Assembly: GCA_037440465.1 (NCBI GenBank)
Contig: JBBIUB010000002.1
Coordinates: 40,492 to 104,491 of the forward strand
Source: Coprothermobacterota bacterium
GTDB lineage: Bacteria; Coprothermobacterota; HKB111
Reading direction: 5' to 3'
DNA length: 64,000 bases
Below, piece by piece: positions 1 through 8,963 of the stretch. Position numbers and translations under genes: made by a program. A model generated the notes under the pieces. It worked only from the letters and a program-made list of their open reading frames with translations. It did no database searches and was not told the DNA's origin. Every line of letters begins with the position of its first letter. The stretch's first letter is position 1.

Positions 1-1855
1 GCCCCATAATCGGACCTCCTTCAAGCTTTCCATCAGGCATCCTTATCCCATATATTGCCACATTCTTAAGTGCTATCTTCTTTGTAGGGTCACTAAGACA
101 AACAACATGACCATTAATAAGATACAGGTCTTTGCTATTAACCTCCCAGGATTTACTCAGGAGTGCAAAAACCTGATCTTTTATATCCTGACAAGCTTTA
201 AGAAGAGCATTACCAGTGGACCAGGTTAGACGACTGGCTACAGTTTGCCATTCATATGGATTTCTATCTGTGTCTGGAGATAATACCTTTATCTTCTCGG
301 GGTGGATGGTTAATGCTTCAGCAGCTATCTGGGTTAAAACAGTATGATACCCTTGTCCTATTTCCATTCCAGAAGCAAGGATATTTATAGAACCATCTTC
401 ATTGAATTTAACAAAGACTGAAGAGCCTGCATCAGGTGGCATAGCTGGTGCCTTCCACATAGCAGCAATACCTTTTCCTCTCACCTTAACAGGACTTTTA
501 CATACTTCTTTCTCCTTCATGTTTAAGGTGGTAGCCACAGTTAGAATGCAATCCGAGAGTCCTGTGGGGTGCATTTTATTGCCTGTAAGGGTTTCTGCTC
601 CTCCTCTTAGGGCATTCAACAAGCGAAACTCAACAGGGTCCATGCCAAGCTTAACTGCTGCTTCATCCATATGAGATTCAATGGCAAAGTGAATCTCGGA
701 CATACCAAATCCTCTATAAGGACCTCCTACAGGATGGTTTGTATAAATGCAATATGTATCAGATTTAACATTGGGAATCTCATATGGGCCAGAAGAAGAA
801 TAACCAGATGCCCTTGTTATATTCACTCCATATTCAGTGTAAGCACCTCCAGCCCAATAGTATTTAACCTCCAGAGCTTGGATTTTACCATCTTTTTTTA
901 CCCCCATTTTTACGAAAGCCTTGAGGGCCTGTCTGACGAATGTACCAAAAAACTCTTCTTCCCTGGTCATCCTGAGTTTCACAGGGTATCCAAGAACTTT
1001 CATTGCTAAGGGAACAAGACAAGCTTCTATGGTAACTCCTGCTTTAGAACCAAATCCTCCACCGAGATAAGGGGTTATTACTCTCACTTTACTTTGAGGT
1101 AATCCAAAAGCCTGAGCTATAAGATTCCTTTGAGCAAAGGGGGATTGGGAAGAAGTCCAAAGGGTTACATTTCTTCTAAAATCAACTTCTGCGATAGCTA
1201 CATGGGTTTCTATAGTAGAGTGCTGTATATGGGGAACTTGATAGGAATCTTCAATTATTATGTCAGAATTCTTAAAACCCTCTTCCAAATTCCCTTTTCT
1301 CACCTTGAAATGGTTACTGATATTAGTACCAGGTACTGGATAGATAAAGTCAGAATGAGGATATCTCCCTAAGTCTGGATGAATTATTGGAGCTTCAGGC
1401 CTTGCTCCCAATACTGGGTCAAAAACTGTTGGAAGTTCCTTATACTCTACCTCTATAAGCTCTAATGCTTCCTCTGCAATCTCTTCAGAGATAGCAGCCA
1501 CTCCAGCTACTGGCTCACCAATAAATCTAACCCGGTCAACTGCGTAAAGGTTCCTATCCTTAAGATAAAGACCAATTAAATATGGAAAATCAGTGCCAGT
1601 AACTACTGCCTTGACTCCAGGTAGGCTTAGGGCTCTCTTTGTGTCGATATTGATTATCTTACCGTGGGAAACAGGACTTCTTTTTAGTTTAGCGTGAAGA
1701 AGTTTGGGTCCAAACTGTAAGTCATCAGTATATTTTGCTTCACCAGTAACTTTTTCCCAAGCATCTACCCTGGGTATGTCTTTTCCAATCCAGGAAAATT
1801 CTTCTTTAACTATCTCTAATTCAATTGTTTCTTCTTTTATTTTATCGGAAGACAT
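1..1855 (-). CDS. Xanthine dehydrogenase family molybdopterin-binding subunit (3' end outside window; not in ORF track)
   Basis: Manual translation from ATG at 1855: MSSDKIKEE...IGKDIPRVDAWEKVTGEAKYTDDL...QSPF...GGGFGSKAG...GGAY...YRGFG...GMEIGQG...QTVASR; frame stays open to position 1. Confidence 0.93.
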   Translation of the reverse strand, partial: MSSDKIKEETIELEIVKEEFSWIGKDIPRVDAWEKVTGEAKYTDDLQFGPKLLHAKLKRSPVSHGKIINIDTKRALSLPGVKAVVTGTDFPYLIGLYLKDRNLYAVDRVRFIGEPVAGVAAISEEIAEEALELIEVEYKELPTVFDPVLGARPEAPIIHPDLGRYPHSDFIYPVPGTNISNHFKVRKGNLEEGFKNSDIIIEDSYQVPHIQHSTIETHVAIAEVDFRRNVTLWTSSQSPFAQRNLIAQAFGLPQSKVRVITPYLGGGFGSKAGVTIEACLVPLAMKVLGYPVKLRMTREEEFFGTFVRQALKAFVKMGVKKDGKIQALEVKYYWAGGAYTEYGVNITRASGYSSSGPYEIPNVKSDTYCIYTNHPVGGPYRGFGMSEIHFAIESHMDEAAVKLGMDPVEFRLLNALRGGAETLTGNKMHPTGLSDCILTVATTLNMKEKEVCKSPVKVRGKGIAAMWKAPAMPPDAGSSVFVKFNEDGSINILASGMEIGQGYHTVLTQIAAEALTIHPEKIKVLSPDTDRNPYEWQTVASRLTWSTGNALLKACQDIKDQVFALLSKSWEVNSKDLYLINGHVVCLSDPTKKIALKNVAIYGIRMPDGKLEGGPIMG

Positions 1856-1864
1856 TTTCCACCC

Positions 1865-2335
1865 CTACTTAGAAAGTATGTTTGCAGCATGACGAGTTGC
1901 TTCTACAATAGCTACATATCCTGTACAACGACATATATTGCCAGCAATAGTTTCTTGGATTTCCTCTTCTGAAGGGTCAGGATTTCTCTTCAAGAGAACT
2001 GATAAAGATAAAATCATCCCTGGTGTGCAAAAACCACACTGAACAGCACCTTTTTCAATAAAAGCCTCCTGAAGAGGGTGCAATTTTCCATCTTTTACCA
2101 ATCCTTCTACGGTAATTATTCTTTTCCCATCTATCTCTATAGCCAGAACCAGACATGAGTTTACTGGTTCATCGTTCAAAATAACGGTACAGGCTCCACA
2201 TTCTCCTTTACCACAACCATATTTAGGGCTTGTAATTCCAATCTTATTTCGTAATACTTCTAAAAGAGTCTCCCATGGAAAAACCTCAAGATTGTAGTTT
2301 TCTCCATTAACCATGAAATGAATACTTTTTCTCAT
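1865..2335 (-). CDS. Xanthine dehydrogenase/CoxS-like 2x[2Fe-2S] subunit
   Basis: GCGKGECGACTV and QCGFCTPG...CRCTGY motifs; start moved to ATG 2335 (MRKSIHF), which overlaps the upstream stop and follows a GAGGT SD. Confidence 0.93.
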   Translation of the reverse strand: MRKSIHFMVNGENYNLEVFPWETLLEVLRNKIGITSPKYGCGKGECGACTVILNDEPVNSCLVLAIEIDGKRIITVEGLVKDGKLHPLQEAFIEKGAVQCGFCTPGMILSLSVLLKRNPDPSEEEIQETIAGNICRCTGYVAIVEATRHAANILSK

Positions 2336-3210
2336 ATAACTACCTCTCTCAAAAGCAATAACTTCTCCCATGCTTTTAATAAAGCTCTTTTTGTGAATAC
2401 TTTGCACATCTCCAGACGATATTGCCTGGAAGAACGCACATCATCTATAGGTGATACTTCTTCAAGAATCAGGGGAAGTCCTTCTTCAACTAATTCTGAG
2501 GTCAAAACTTTATGACGCAGATAATTTTCAATCTTTGTAGCTCTAATTGGAGTAGGAGCAACAGCCCCCAAAGCAACTCTGTATTCAAAGCCGGAGGGAG
2601 TATCAAGAACTAAAGCTGCAACTCCAACTACTGCTAAATCTACTGCGGCTCTTCTTCCAAGCTTCAGGTATATGGACATATGGGAATATCTTGGATGTGA
2701 AATAAATATTTCTTTAACTAATTCGCCTGGTTTCAAAACATTCAATCGAGGTCCTTTAATGAAAGAAGACAATTTTATTCTTCTCTCCCCATCAAGTCCA
2801 ATCGTTAAAACCTCACTATCATAGCATAGAAGAATTGGAACCATATCAGCTGAAGGTACAGAGCTAACAAGATTTCCAGTAAGGGTCCCTCTTGCACGAA
2901 CCTGATATGAACCAACTGATGAAGCAGCTTCCTTTAATCCAGGAAAATAATTGCCAATATTTAAAGAGTTAGATATTTCGTTTAAAGTTGTTAAGCTTCC
3001 AATGTGTATTCCTTTATCATTATAAATAAGAGTTTTTAACTCGGAGATTTCTTTTATGTCTATAACATATCTGGGTTGTTCAAGCTTTTCTTTCATCCTG
3101 ACTATCAGGTCTGTCCCACCATTTAAGTAAGCTCCACCTTCTCCAAGTTTTCTGGTTATATCAAGGGCTTCTCTAATGTTAGAAGGTCTATAATAATCAA
3201 ATTCTTTCAC
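2332..3210 (-). CDS. Xanthine dehydrogenase/CoxM-like FAD-binding subunit
   Basis: GGTDL, VGSYQVRARGTLTGN, PSAD, GAVAPTP, PIDDVRSS motifs. Confidence 0.93.
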   Translation of the reverse strand: MKEFDYYRPSNIREALDITRKLGEGGAYLNGGTDLIVRMKEKLEQPRYVIDIKEISELKTLIYNDKGIHIGSLTTLNEISNSLNIGNYFPGLKEAASSVGSYQVRARGTLTGNLVSSVPSADMVPILLCYDSEVLTIGLDGERRIKLSSFIKGPRLNVLKPGELVKEIFISHPRYSHMSIYLKLGRRAAVDLAVVGVAALVLDTPSGFEYRVALGAVAPTPIRATKIENYLRHKVLTSELVEEGLPLILEEVSPIDDVRSSRQYRLEMCKVFTKRALLKAWEKLLLLREVVI

Positions 3211-3227
3211 AGGCTTCCCTACCTTTT

Positions 3228-4040
3228 TTATTCCTTCTTAACAAAAGCTACCAATCGACAGAAGGCAGCTTCACCTCCAACAAACCTCCAGGGGAAGCAA
3301 CCAACATAAACCCTTTGGTTAAGGATTTTGTCTATTTCTCCTCCAATATTCTCAAGATGGAAAATACCATACTTGAAAAGACCATAATGGGTAGTTTGAT
3401 AATCATCCTCAGGAAATATCTCCTCAAGAGTCTTCCCCAGCTTTTTTTCAGCTTCTTTAGCTAAATCTGGTCTTACTTTTCTTATTACTGTATTCATTGG
3501 GTGGTCGGTTGAACCAGCATCTATTGCCATCCAGGAAATCTTTCTCTCAAGGACAAATCTGGTGAATTCTGCTGTGGGACCCGGATGTTTAATAAAATAT
3601 TTGGTTTCATCTGGAACACATTCTCCATACCAGTTACCGGGATAATATTTATGGTAACCGGTATTGATTATAAGAATATCTCCTTCTTTAATTTTTATCC
3701 CAGATTTCTTCTCCCATTCTTCAAAATGCTCAGGTGAATATATTTCATAATCACCAATACCAAACTGTGATAAATCAACTACCACTGCTGTACCAAAAAG
3801 CTTGTTAATAGGTATTTGAGCAACATCTTGACCATTGGTAATGAAATGAAGTGGGGCATCAATATGGGTACCTACATGAAGAGTAGTTGAAATATGTTGA
3901 CCTCCTACTCTATCAAAAGCTACTCTTTTTATCCACTTTATTATTGGTCCTTCATAGGTGGCAAATGCTGGTGTGTGTACACCCCAATCTTGTGTGAGGT
4001 CAAGTAGCTTTACTCCTTTTAAGTCCTCAAATTCTTCCAT
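3228..4040 (-). CDS. Cyclase (kynurenine formamidase-like) metal-dependent hydrolase
   Basis: HVGTHIDAPLH (HxGTHxDxPxH) and HLENIGG; start at ATG 4040 after AAGGAGG. Confidence 0.9.
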   Translation of the reverse strand: MEEFEDLKGVKLLDLTQDWGVHTPAFATYEGPIIKWIKRVAFDRVGGQHISTTLHVGTHIDAPLHFITNGQDVAQIPINKLFGTAVVVDLSQFGIGDYEIYSPEHFEEWEKKSGIKIKEGDILIINTGYHKYYPGNWYGECVPDETKYFIKHPGPTAEFTRFVLERKISWMAIDAGSTDHPMNTVIRKVRPDLAKEAEKKLGKTLEEIFPEDDYQTTHYGLFKYGIFHLENIGGEIDKILNQRVYVGCFPWRFVGGEAAFCRLVAFVKKE

Positions 4041-4097
4041 ATATTCCTCCTTCATATTTAAATATTTAAGGTTCTTCTCAAATTATGTCGTTAAACA

Positions 4098-4265
4098 GGG
4101 TTCAAGGGTACAAGAATTCAAGGATTCGAGGGTTCAAGTGAAAATCTTAAAAATACAACTTCTTGACTGCTTGAACCTTTCAGATAAGACCTCTGCCTAA
4201 CCTTTAATTCTTTGTAGTTATTATGCATTTTACTGGACTCCTTGACTCCTTAGCCCCTTGAATAC
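4098..4265. repeat. Intergenic element made of inverted arrays of degenerate 8-bp units (GGRKTCRA)
   Basis: Five forward units at 4098-4137 followed by GTGAAAA; inverted units at 4163-4178 and 4234-4265. Confidence 0.75.
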
Positions 4266-4300
4266 TTTCAATTCATAATCATTTCAGTTTAACAACTAAT

Positions 4301-5692
4301 TTAAGGTGATCCATATTTTCTTACAAAAGCCCACCCTGCCATTTCAAAGGCTGTGATAGGTAAACGGATAATTCCAGCACCCACCTGCCCAACTCCTGGA
4401 TTTTTGTGAGCTACTCCAGTATTCAAAATAGGAGTAATGCCAGTCTTTATAACTTTTAATATATCAATACCGAGAGGTGTTCCCCTGAAATTTAAATAGG
4501 GGATAGTAAATACCTCGTTTAATGAATGAGTAATCTCATACATATCTAAATTATGGTCCATAGCATCTTTAGGTGTACCACCAATAAACTGCACTATAGC
4601 AGGAGCAGAAGCAAGTGCAAATCCACCCAGGCCTAAAGTTTCCATAATTGCAGAATCTCCCAGGTCCGGGTTAGCATCTTCCTCAGTATATCCTGGAAAG
4701 AAAAGAACATCAGGGATAGCTGCTTCAGATACAAACCACTCCTTATCCAAACCACTCACCCTAATGCCAAAATCCGTTCCATTTCGGGCTATCACATTAA
4801 CAATTGATGAATAATCAACTCTTTCAGCAGGTTCCAGGCAGGATTTAGAAGCGCCCATAGCAAGATTCAAAAAGAAGTGGTCGTTACTATCAATAAACTT
4901 CAATAATTCCTCTCCCTCTGCGACACTTCTGGATACATGAAGAATAGAGGGTGCTATGATTCTGAAAAATAGAGATGTGGCAGCTCTATTTCTGTTATGT
5001 AGCTCATCACCCATGTGCAAAGCTTGGCTCATAACATTCTTAAGGTTAATATCCCCCAACTCATCTATTGCTTTTGACAGAACTGGGTAAAGAACATTCT
5101 CCATCCACTTTAACCTTTCAATTACCTCCTGGCTATAAGCACCGAACCTCAATGCTTTACCCAGGCCTTCATTTTGAGTAACATACACCATATTTCCAAA
5201 AGTATTGTTTTTAATTATAAAGACAGGCATAGATGGTGAGATTACTCCAGCCATTGGACCTACAGCATGATAATGATGAGTTGGTTCAAAGCGAATATCC
5301 CCTGAAGAAGCCATCTCCCAGGCGTCTTTTTCTTTAGAAGTCCATCCCTCATAAAGAATAGCACCTATTATTGCTCCTTTCAAAGGTCCACACATTCTAT
5401 CCCAGGTAATTGGTGGACCAGCATGAAGAAGGAATTTACCTCCAAAGCCTGGTATTATTTCCGATGCTCTACCCATACCCCAAAGATTGGGTTTTGCTGA
5501 AAGGATAATATCAATAACCTTATTATTAGCTTCCTCAATTATCTTAATAGGTAATTTTCTGAGGTTATTAAGAAGTTCTTTATCAAGAGATGGTGGTCTA
5601 AAATCTACCTCAACTACTTCAATGCCCTGGCTTTCTAAATCTCTGGCAAAAGCCTTAAGACCTATATTTATAACTTTAAGCTTGCTCCACAT
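4301..5692 (-). CDS. DUF1116 protein, YahG/YlbE(AllG)-like
   Basis: LLHAGPPITWDRMCGPLKGA, AVGPMAG, MGDELHNRN, ARNGTDFGIR, DLGDSAI, NTGVAHK motifs. Confidence 0.88.
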   Translation of the reverse strand: MWSKLKVINIGLKAFARDLESQGIEVVEVDFRPPSLDKELLNNLRKLPIKIIEEANNKVIDIILSAKPNLWGMGRASEIIPGFGGKFLLHAGPPITWDRMCGPLKGAIIGAILYEGWTSKEKDAWEMASSGDIRFEPTHHYHAVGPMAGVISPSMPVFIIKNNTFGNMVYVTQNEGLGKALRFGAYSQEVIERLKWMENVLYPVLSKAIDELGDINLKNVMSQALHMGDELHNRNRAATSLFFRIIAPSILHVSRSVAEGEELLKFIDSNDHFFLNLAMGASKSCLEPAERVDYSSIVNVIARNGTDFGIRVSGLDKEWFVSEAAIPDVLFFPGYTEEDANPDLGDSAIMETLGLGGFALASAPAIVQFIGGTPKDAMDHNLDMYEITHSLNEVFTIPYLNFRGTPLGIDILKVIKTGITPILNTGVAHKNPGVGQVGAGIIRLPITAFEMAGWAFVRKYGSP

Positions 5693-7226
5693 TTAAACTC
5701 CTTATAACCTTGCCTGCAAAAAAACTAACTTCTCTATTACTCTTGAAACATAGTGCACCTGCTTCTTCCAATGCTTTTTCTATCATATTCTTGTTCTGAA
5801 TATCTTCGTGAGTACCACATATATGAACTACAGGCAAGACTTTTCCCTTACATTCATAAATTAGGGGTAAGATTTCTTTCAGAGGTTCCATGGGTGCGCC
5901 ATAACCAAGTATAAGGTCAAAAAAGATGATAGCTACATCTTCATCTTTAATCTCCCTGGATATTCTGTTTACTCGAAAAGTGTAATCAATAATAGGATGA
6001 AGGCGTCCAACAGTAAACTCGTCTTCACCGAGATCAATAATAGTATTATTAATACTTTTAACCCCCTGAATTTTGAACTCTTTAGAAAGTGGGGTATTAG
6101 AATAAACTTCTCCAATAAGACCTTTTAAAACAAGAAGTGCTTCATAAGCCAGTGTTCCGCCTGTAAAAAGACCCCTTAAATATCTTCTTTTACCAGAAAT
6201 CTTCTTAGCCTCCTCAAAAGCTCTGGAAGAGATTTCATCCTCTCTTTTTTTCAAATAATCCTTTACATTTGTGGGGTTTTCCTTTCGTGTTAATGTTAGA
6301 GATAATAATGCTGCCTCTTCTAAAGACTCAGACCAGAAAAGATTAGAAGGAAGATCTGGTGGAATCGTATCTCCCAAAAAACAAACAACTACAGGTTTTT
6401 TTACTTTTCCTGCCTGTTCAAAAATCATGGAAGATACTTCTGGGTCGGGAGGTTTAGATATAAGCATAACAACTTCTGTATTATTATCAGAGGAAAGGAA
6501 TTGGAGACCCATGAGAGTAGTAATGCCACCTACCTTAATATTTAAATCTCTACCACCCGTACCAATAGCGTGAGAAATCCCACCACTATAATCAGAGATG
6601 ATGGAAGATACTTCCTGAATTCCTGTACCAGCTGCAGCTACTATTCCTATAGAACCTTTCCTTATCTTATTTGAAAATGCTATGCCAACCCCTCCTATAA
6701 TGGCAGTACCAGCATCTGGACCCATTAAAAAGAGTCTTCTATCAAAAGCCATTTTTTTTAATTTAGCTTCTTCATCCAGAGGAACATGATCTGAGAAAAG
6801 AAATACATTTAATCCTTTTTCAAGTAATTCATGAGTAACCTCGTAAGCAAAACGCCCTGATACCGAAACAATAGCCAGATTTAAGTCTGGTATAGCCTTC
6901 AAAGCCGAACTTATACTCCTTGGCTTGTGTATACTTTCTTCTTCTCTTGATTTTTTTCTTATTAAGAGTGAACACCCTTCATTAAGTGCTTTGGAAGTTG
7001 ATTCTTTATCTTCTCCTTTTACTACCAGTATTAAATCCGAAGGTTTAGCCTTTTTGAATTCTTCAAGGAACATACCTGCTTCCTCTAAGAGTTTTACATT
7101 ACTTTCTGTACCCATATACAGAGCAGCTTCTATTACTCCAGGCATGGAAGATACCTGCTTGGATATAAGCATTAAAGTAGCGGAATCAAAGTAACTACCC
7201 TGTTTAATTATTCCTTCTACCCACAT
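5676..7226 (-). CDS. FdrA/YahF(AllF)-like acyl-CoA synthetase-fold protein
   Basis: YFDSATLM, FLFSDHV, MGPDAGT, GTGGRDL, RGLFTGGTL, DLGEDEFTVGRLHPIID. Confidence 0.9.
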   Translation of the reverse strand: MWVEGIIKQGSYFDSATLMLISKQVSSMPGVIEAALYMGTESNVKLLEEAGMFLEEFKKAKPSDLILVVKGEDKESTSKALNEGCSLLIRKKSREEESIHKPRSISSALKAIPDLNLAIVSVSGRFAYEVTHELLEKGLNVFLFSDHVPLDEEAKLKKMAFDRRLFLMGPDAGTAIIGGVGIAFSNKIRKGSIGIVAAAGTGIQEVSSIISDYSGGISHAIGTGGRDLNIKVGGITTLMGLQFLSSDNNTEVVMLISKPPDPEVSSMIFEQAGKVKKPVVVCFLGDTIPPDLPSNLFWSESLEEAALLSLTLTRKENPTNVKDYLKKREDEISSRAFEEAKKISGKRRYLRGLFTGGTLAYEALLVLKGLIGEVYSNTPLSKEFKIQGVKSINNTIIDLGEDEFTVGRLHPIIDYTFRVNRISREIKDEDVAIIFFDLILGYGAPMEPLKEILPLIYECKGKVLPVVHICGTHEDIQNKNMIEKALEEAGALCFKSNREVSFFAGKVIRSLNVEQA

Positions 7227-8091
7227 AATTCCTCACAAAGCATAAGCTAAAATAAAATCCTGTTAGAAAGTCAGCACCAGACGAGTGACCTATTTTTATA
7301 ACCTGGAGAATACTTGTCTCCAGAGTAGTTATATCATATGTAAATAAATTATTCACCATAACTCTGACAAATCTTCCAGCTAATCCAGCATAGGCTTCTT
7401 CAAGGAAATGGTAACTAATTTTATTAGTCAGATTTTTAGCTAACGTAAGGATAGTTTGGCTTAAAGAAGAAAATTCATAAAAAAATATATTAAAAGAAAG
7501 GCTAAAGATACGAAGTCCCAGGATAAAACCTGACAGAAAATCATCACCTGATGGAGTTAAGCCTTCTCCTAACCCCAGTAGCAAAGTTACTCCAGTTTTC
7601 TGTTGCTTTTTATCTAATTTAAAGAGGTGAACTAACCCAGATGATGCTTTTTTTAGTATATGAGAATTCTCTTCTTTTAGAAGTAGCGGTGTCAGGCCTC
7701 CAGGATAAGCATCTCTAAGAAGAATAAGCCTTATAAGTTCAAGGCCCTTTTCAAGATCTGAAAGAGGTTTTTCTTGAATATCAACTCTTGGATTATAAAA
7801 GGAATAATTACTACATTCCAACTTTTCATAATTGGTAATCAAAAAACCATTCTCTCTGATGAAATGATCGCCAACCTTGTAATTTAAAAATGGTTTATCT
7901 TGAATTTCGCAGTTCAAAAGAAAACTTCGAGCACCGTCAGAGTAGTTTCTAGCTCTCACTTCCACTAATTTCTCATCCGAAGTCTCCAGATATAAAACAC
8001 CTGGAAATACACTGTAAACAGTTGAGTAACCACCAACAGGTAAAAGATCTAGTGCTTCCCGGCTAACTGATACTACTCTTTTCAGACTCAC
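7204..8091 (-). CDS. DUF2877 protein, YahE/YlbF(AllH)-like
   Basis: GLGEGLTPSGDDFLSG and IGHSSGADFLTG motifs; adjacent to FdrA-like gene. Confidence 0.88.
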   Translation of the reverse strand: MSLKRVVSVSREALDLLPVGGYSTVYSVFPGVLYLETSDEKLVEVRARNYSDGARSFLLNCEIQDKPFLNYKVGDHFIRENGFLITNYEKLECSNYSFYNPRVDIQEKPLSDLEKGLELIRLILLRDAYPGGLTPLLLKEENSHILKKASSGLVHLFKLDKKQQKTGVTLLLGLGEGLTPSGDDFLSGFILGLRIFSLSFNIFFYEFSSLSQTILTLAKNLTNKISYHFLEEAYAGLAGRFVRVMVNNLFTYDITTLETSILQVIKIGHSSGADFLTGFYFSLCFVRNYVGRRNN

Positions 8092-8963
8092 TCAGGGTTC
8101 CTTCTTTTATATGTAGGGAAAGGACTTTTCGCTGACTTAAGGATAAGTTTTCCATAAGCATCCAGATTACGGTCTTCAAGATGATTATAAACCATCGGTG
8201 CCTTAGAACCATATGAAACATATCTCAAAGGATCAGGATCCAGTTCACAAGCAATGACATCCTCCCCTCCTCTTGCTTGAGCTAACTTTTGAGCAATAGG
8301 GTTTACTATCATGCTGTGTCCGTAGTGATAATTACCTGAAGCATCAAGGCCTACTGCGTTTGTGGCTAATAAATATATGTGATTATCAAATGCCCTTGCT
8401 CTATTTGTAAGATCCCATATTTCAAAGCTTCTTAGAAATGCTGAGGGTCTTACTATTATTTCTGCTCCTTGCAAAGCCATAATTCTTGCAAGTTCTGGGA
8501 AATCACCATCATAACAAATAATAATACCTATTTTTGCTAAGCGAGTATTAAAAACAGGTACCTGAAAGCCTGCTTTTACATTTTTTTCTGTTGGGAAAGG
8601 ATGGGTTTTTCTGTAAGTACCAACTATTCTGCCATTATCATCAATTAAAACTGCAGAATTATAAACTTCCTCTTTGTTATGCCCTTTTTCATAAAAAGGA
8701 AGGACAATATGCACTCGGAGACTTTTACACATATCACAAATTTCATCAGTTAGATTGCCAGGAATATCAGTAGCTAATTCGTAAAGCTCACTTATTCCAA
8801 GATCAGGAGCGAAAGAGGTTACTATAGTCTCAGGAAGTACTATTAAATCTGCATTAAATTCATCCTTCACTTTTCTAACAGAGCTCTTTATTTTGATTAT
8901 GTTCTCTGTAATCCTAAGAGGCAATGAATTCATCTGTATACAGGCAGCTATAAATCTTTCCAT
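8088..8963 (-). CDS. Carbon-nitrogen hydrolase (nitrilase/amidase superfamily)
   Basis: E-K-C catalytic triad: LPE, YRKTH, ICYDGDFPE. Confidence 0.92.
   Translation of the reverse strand: MERFIAACIQMNSLPLRITENIIKIKSSVRKVKDEFNADLIVLPETIVTSFAPDLGISELYELATDIPGNLTDEICDMCKSLRVHIVLPFYEKGHNKEEVYNSAVLIDDNGRIVGTYRKTHPFPTEKNVKAGFQVPVFNTRLAKIGIIICYDGDFPELARIMALQGAEIIVRPSAFLRSFEIWDLTNRARAFDNHIYLLATNAVGLDASGNYHYGHSMIVNPIAQKLAQARGGEDVIACELDPDPLRYVSYGSKAPMVYNHLEDRNLDAYGKLILKSAKSPFPTYKRRNPE

Noticed and set aside
402..1892. Plus-strand ORFs 402-674, 671-1009, 1130-1372 and 1704-1892
   Set aside because: Antisense shadows of the Xdh Mo-subunit gene; the same applies to most short track ORFs lying opposite long genes
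1..3210. Aerobic Mo-Cu CO dehydrogenase (CoxLMS)
   Set aside because: Active-site loop reads PYRGFG, not the form I CoxL AYxCSFR motif
4098..4265. Possible CRISPR array
   Set aside because: Units are 8 bp, contiguous and degenerate, with no spacers and no cas genes
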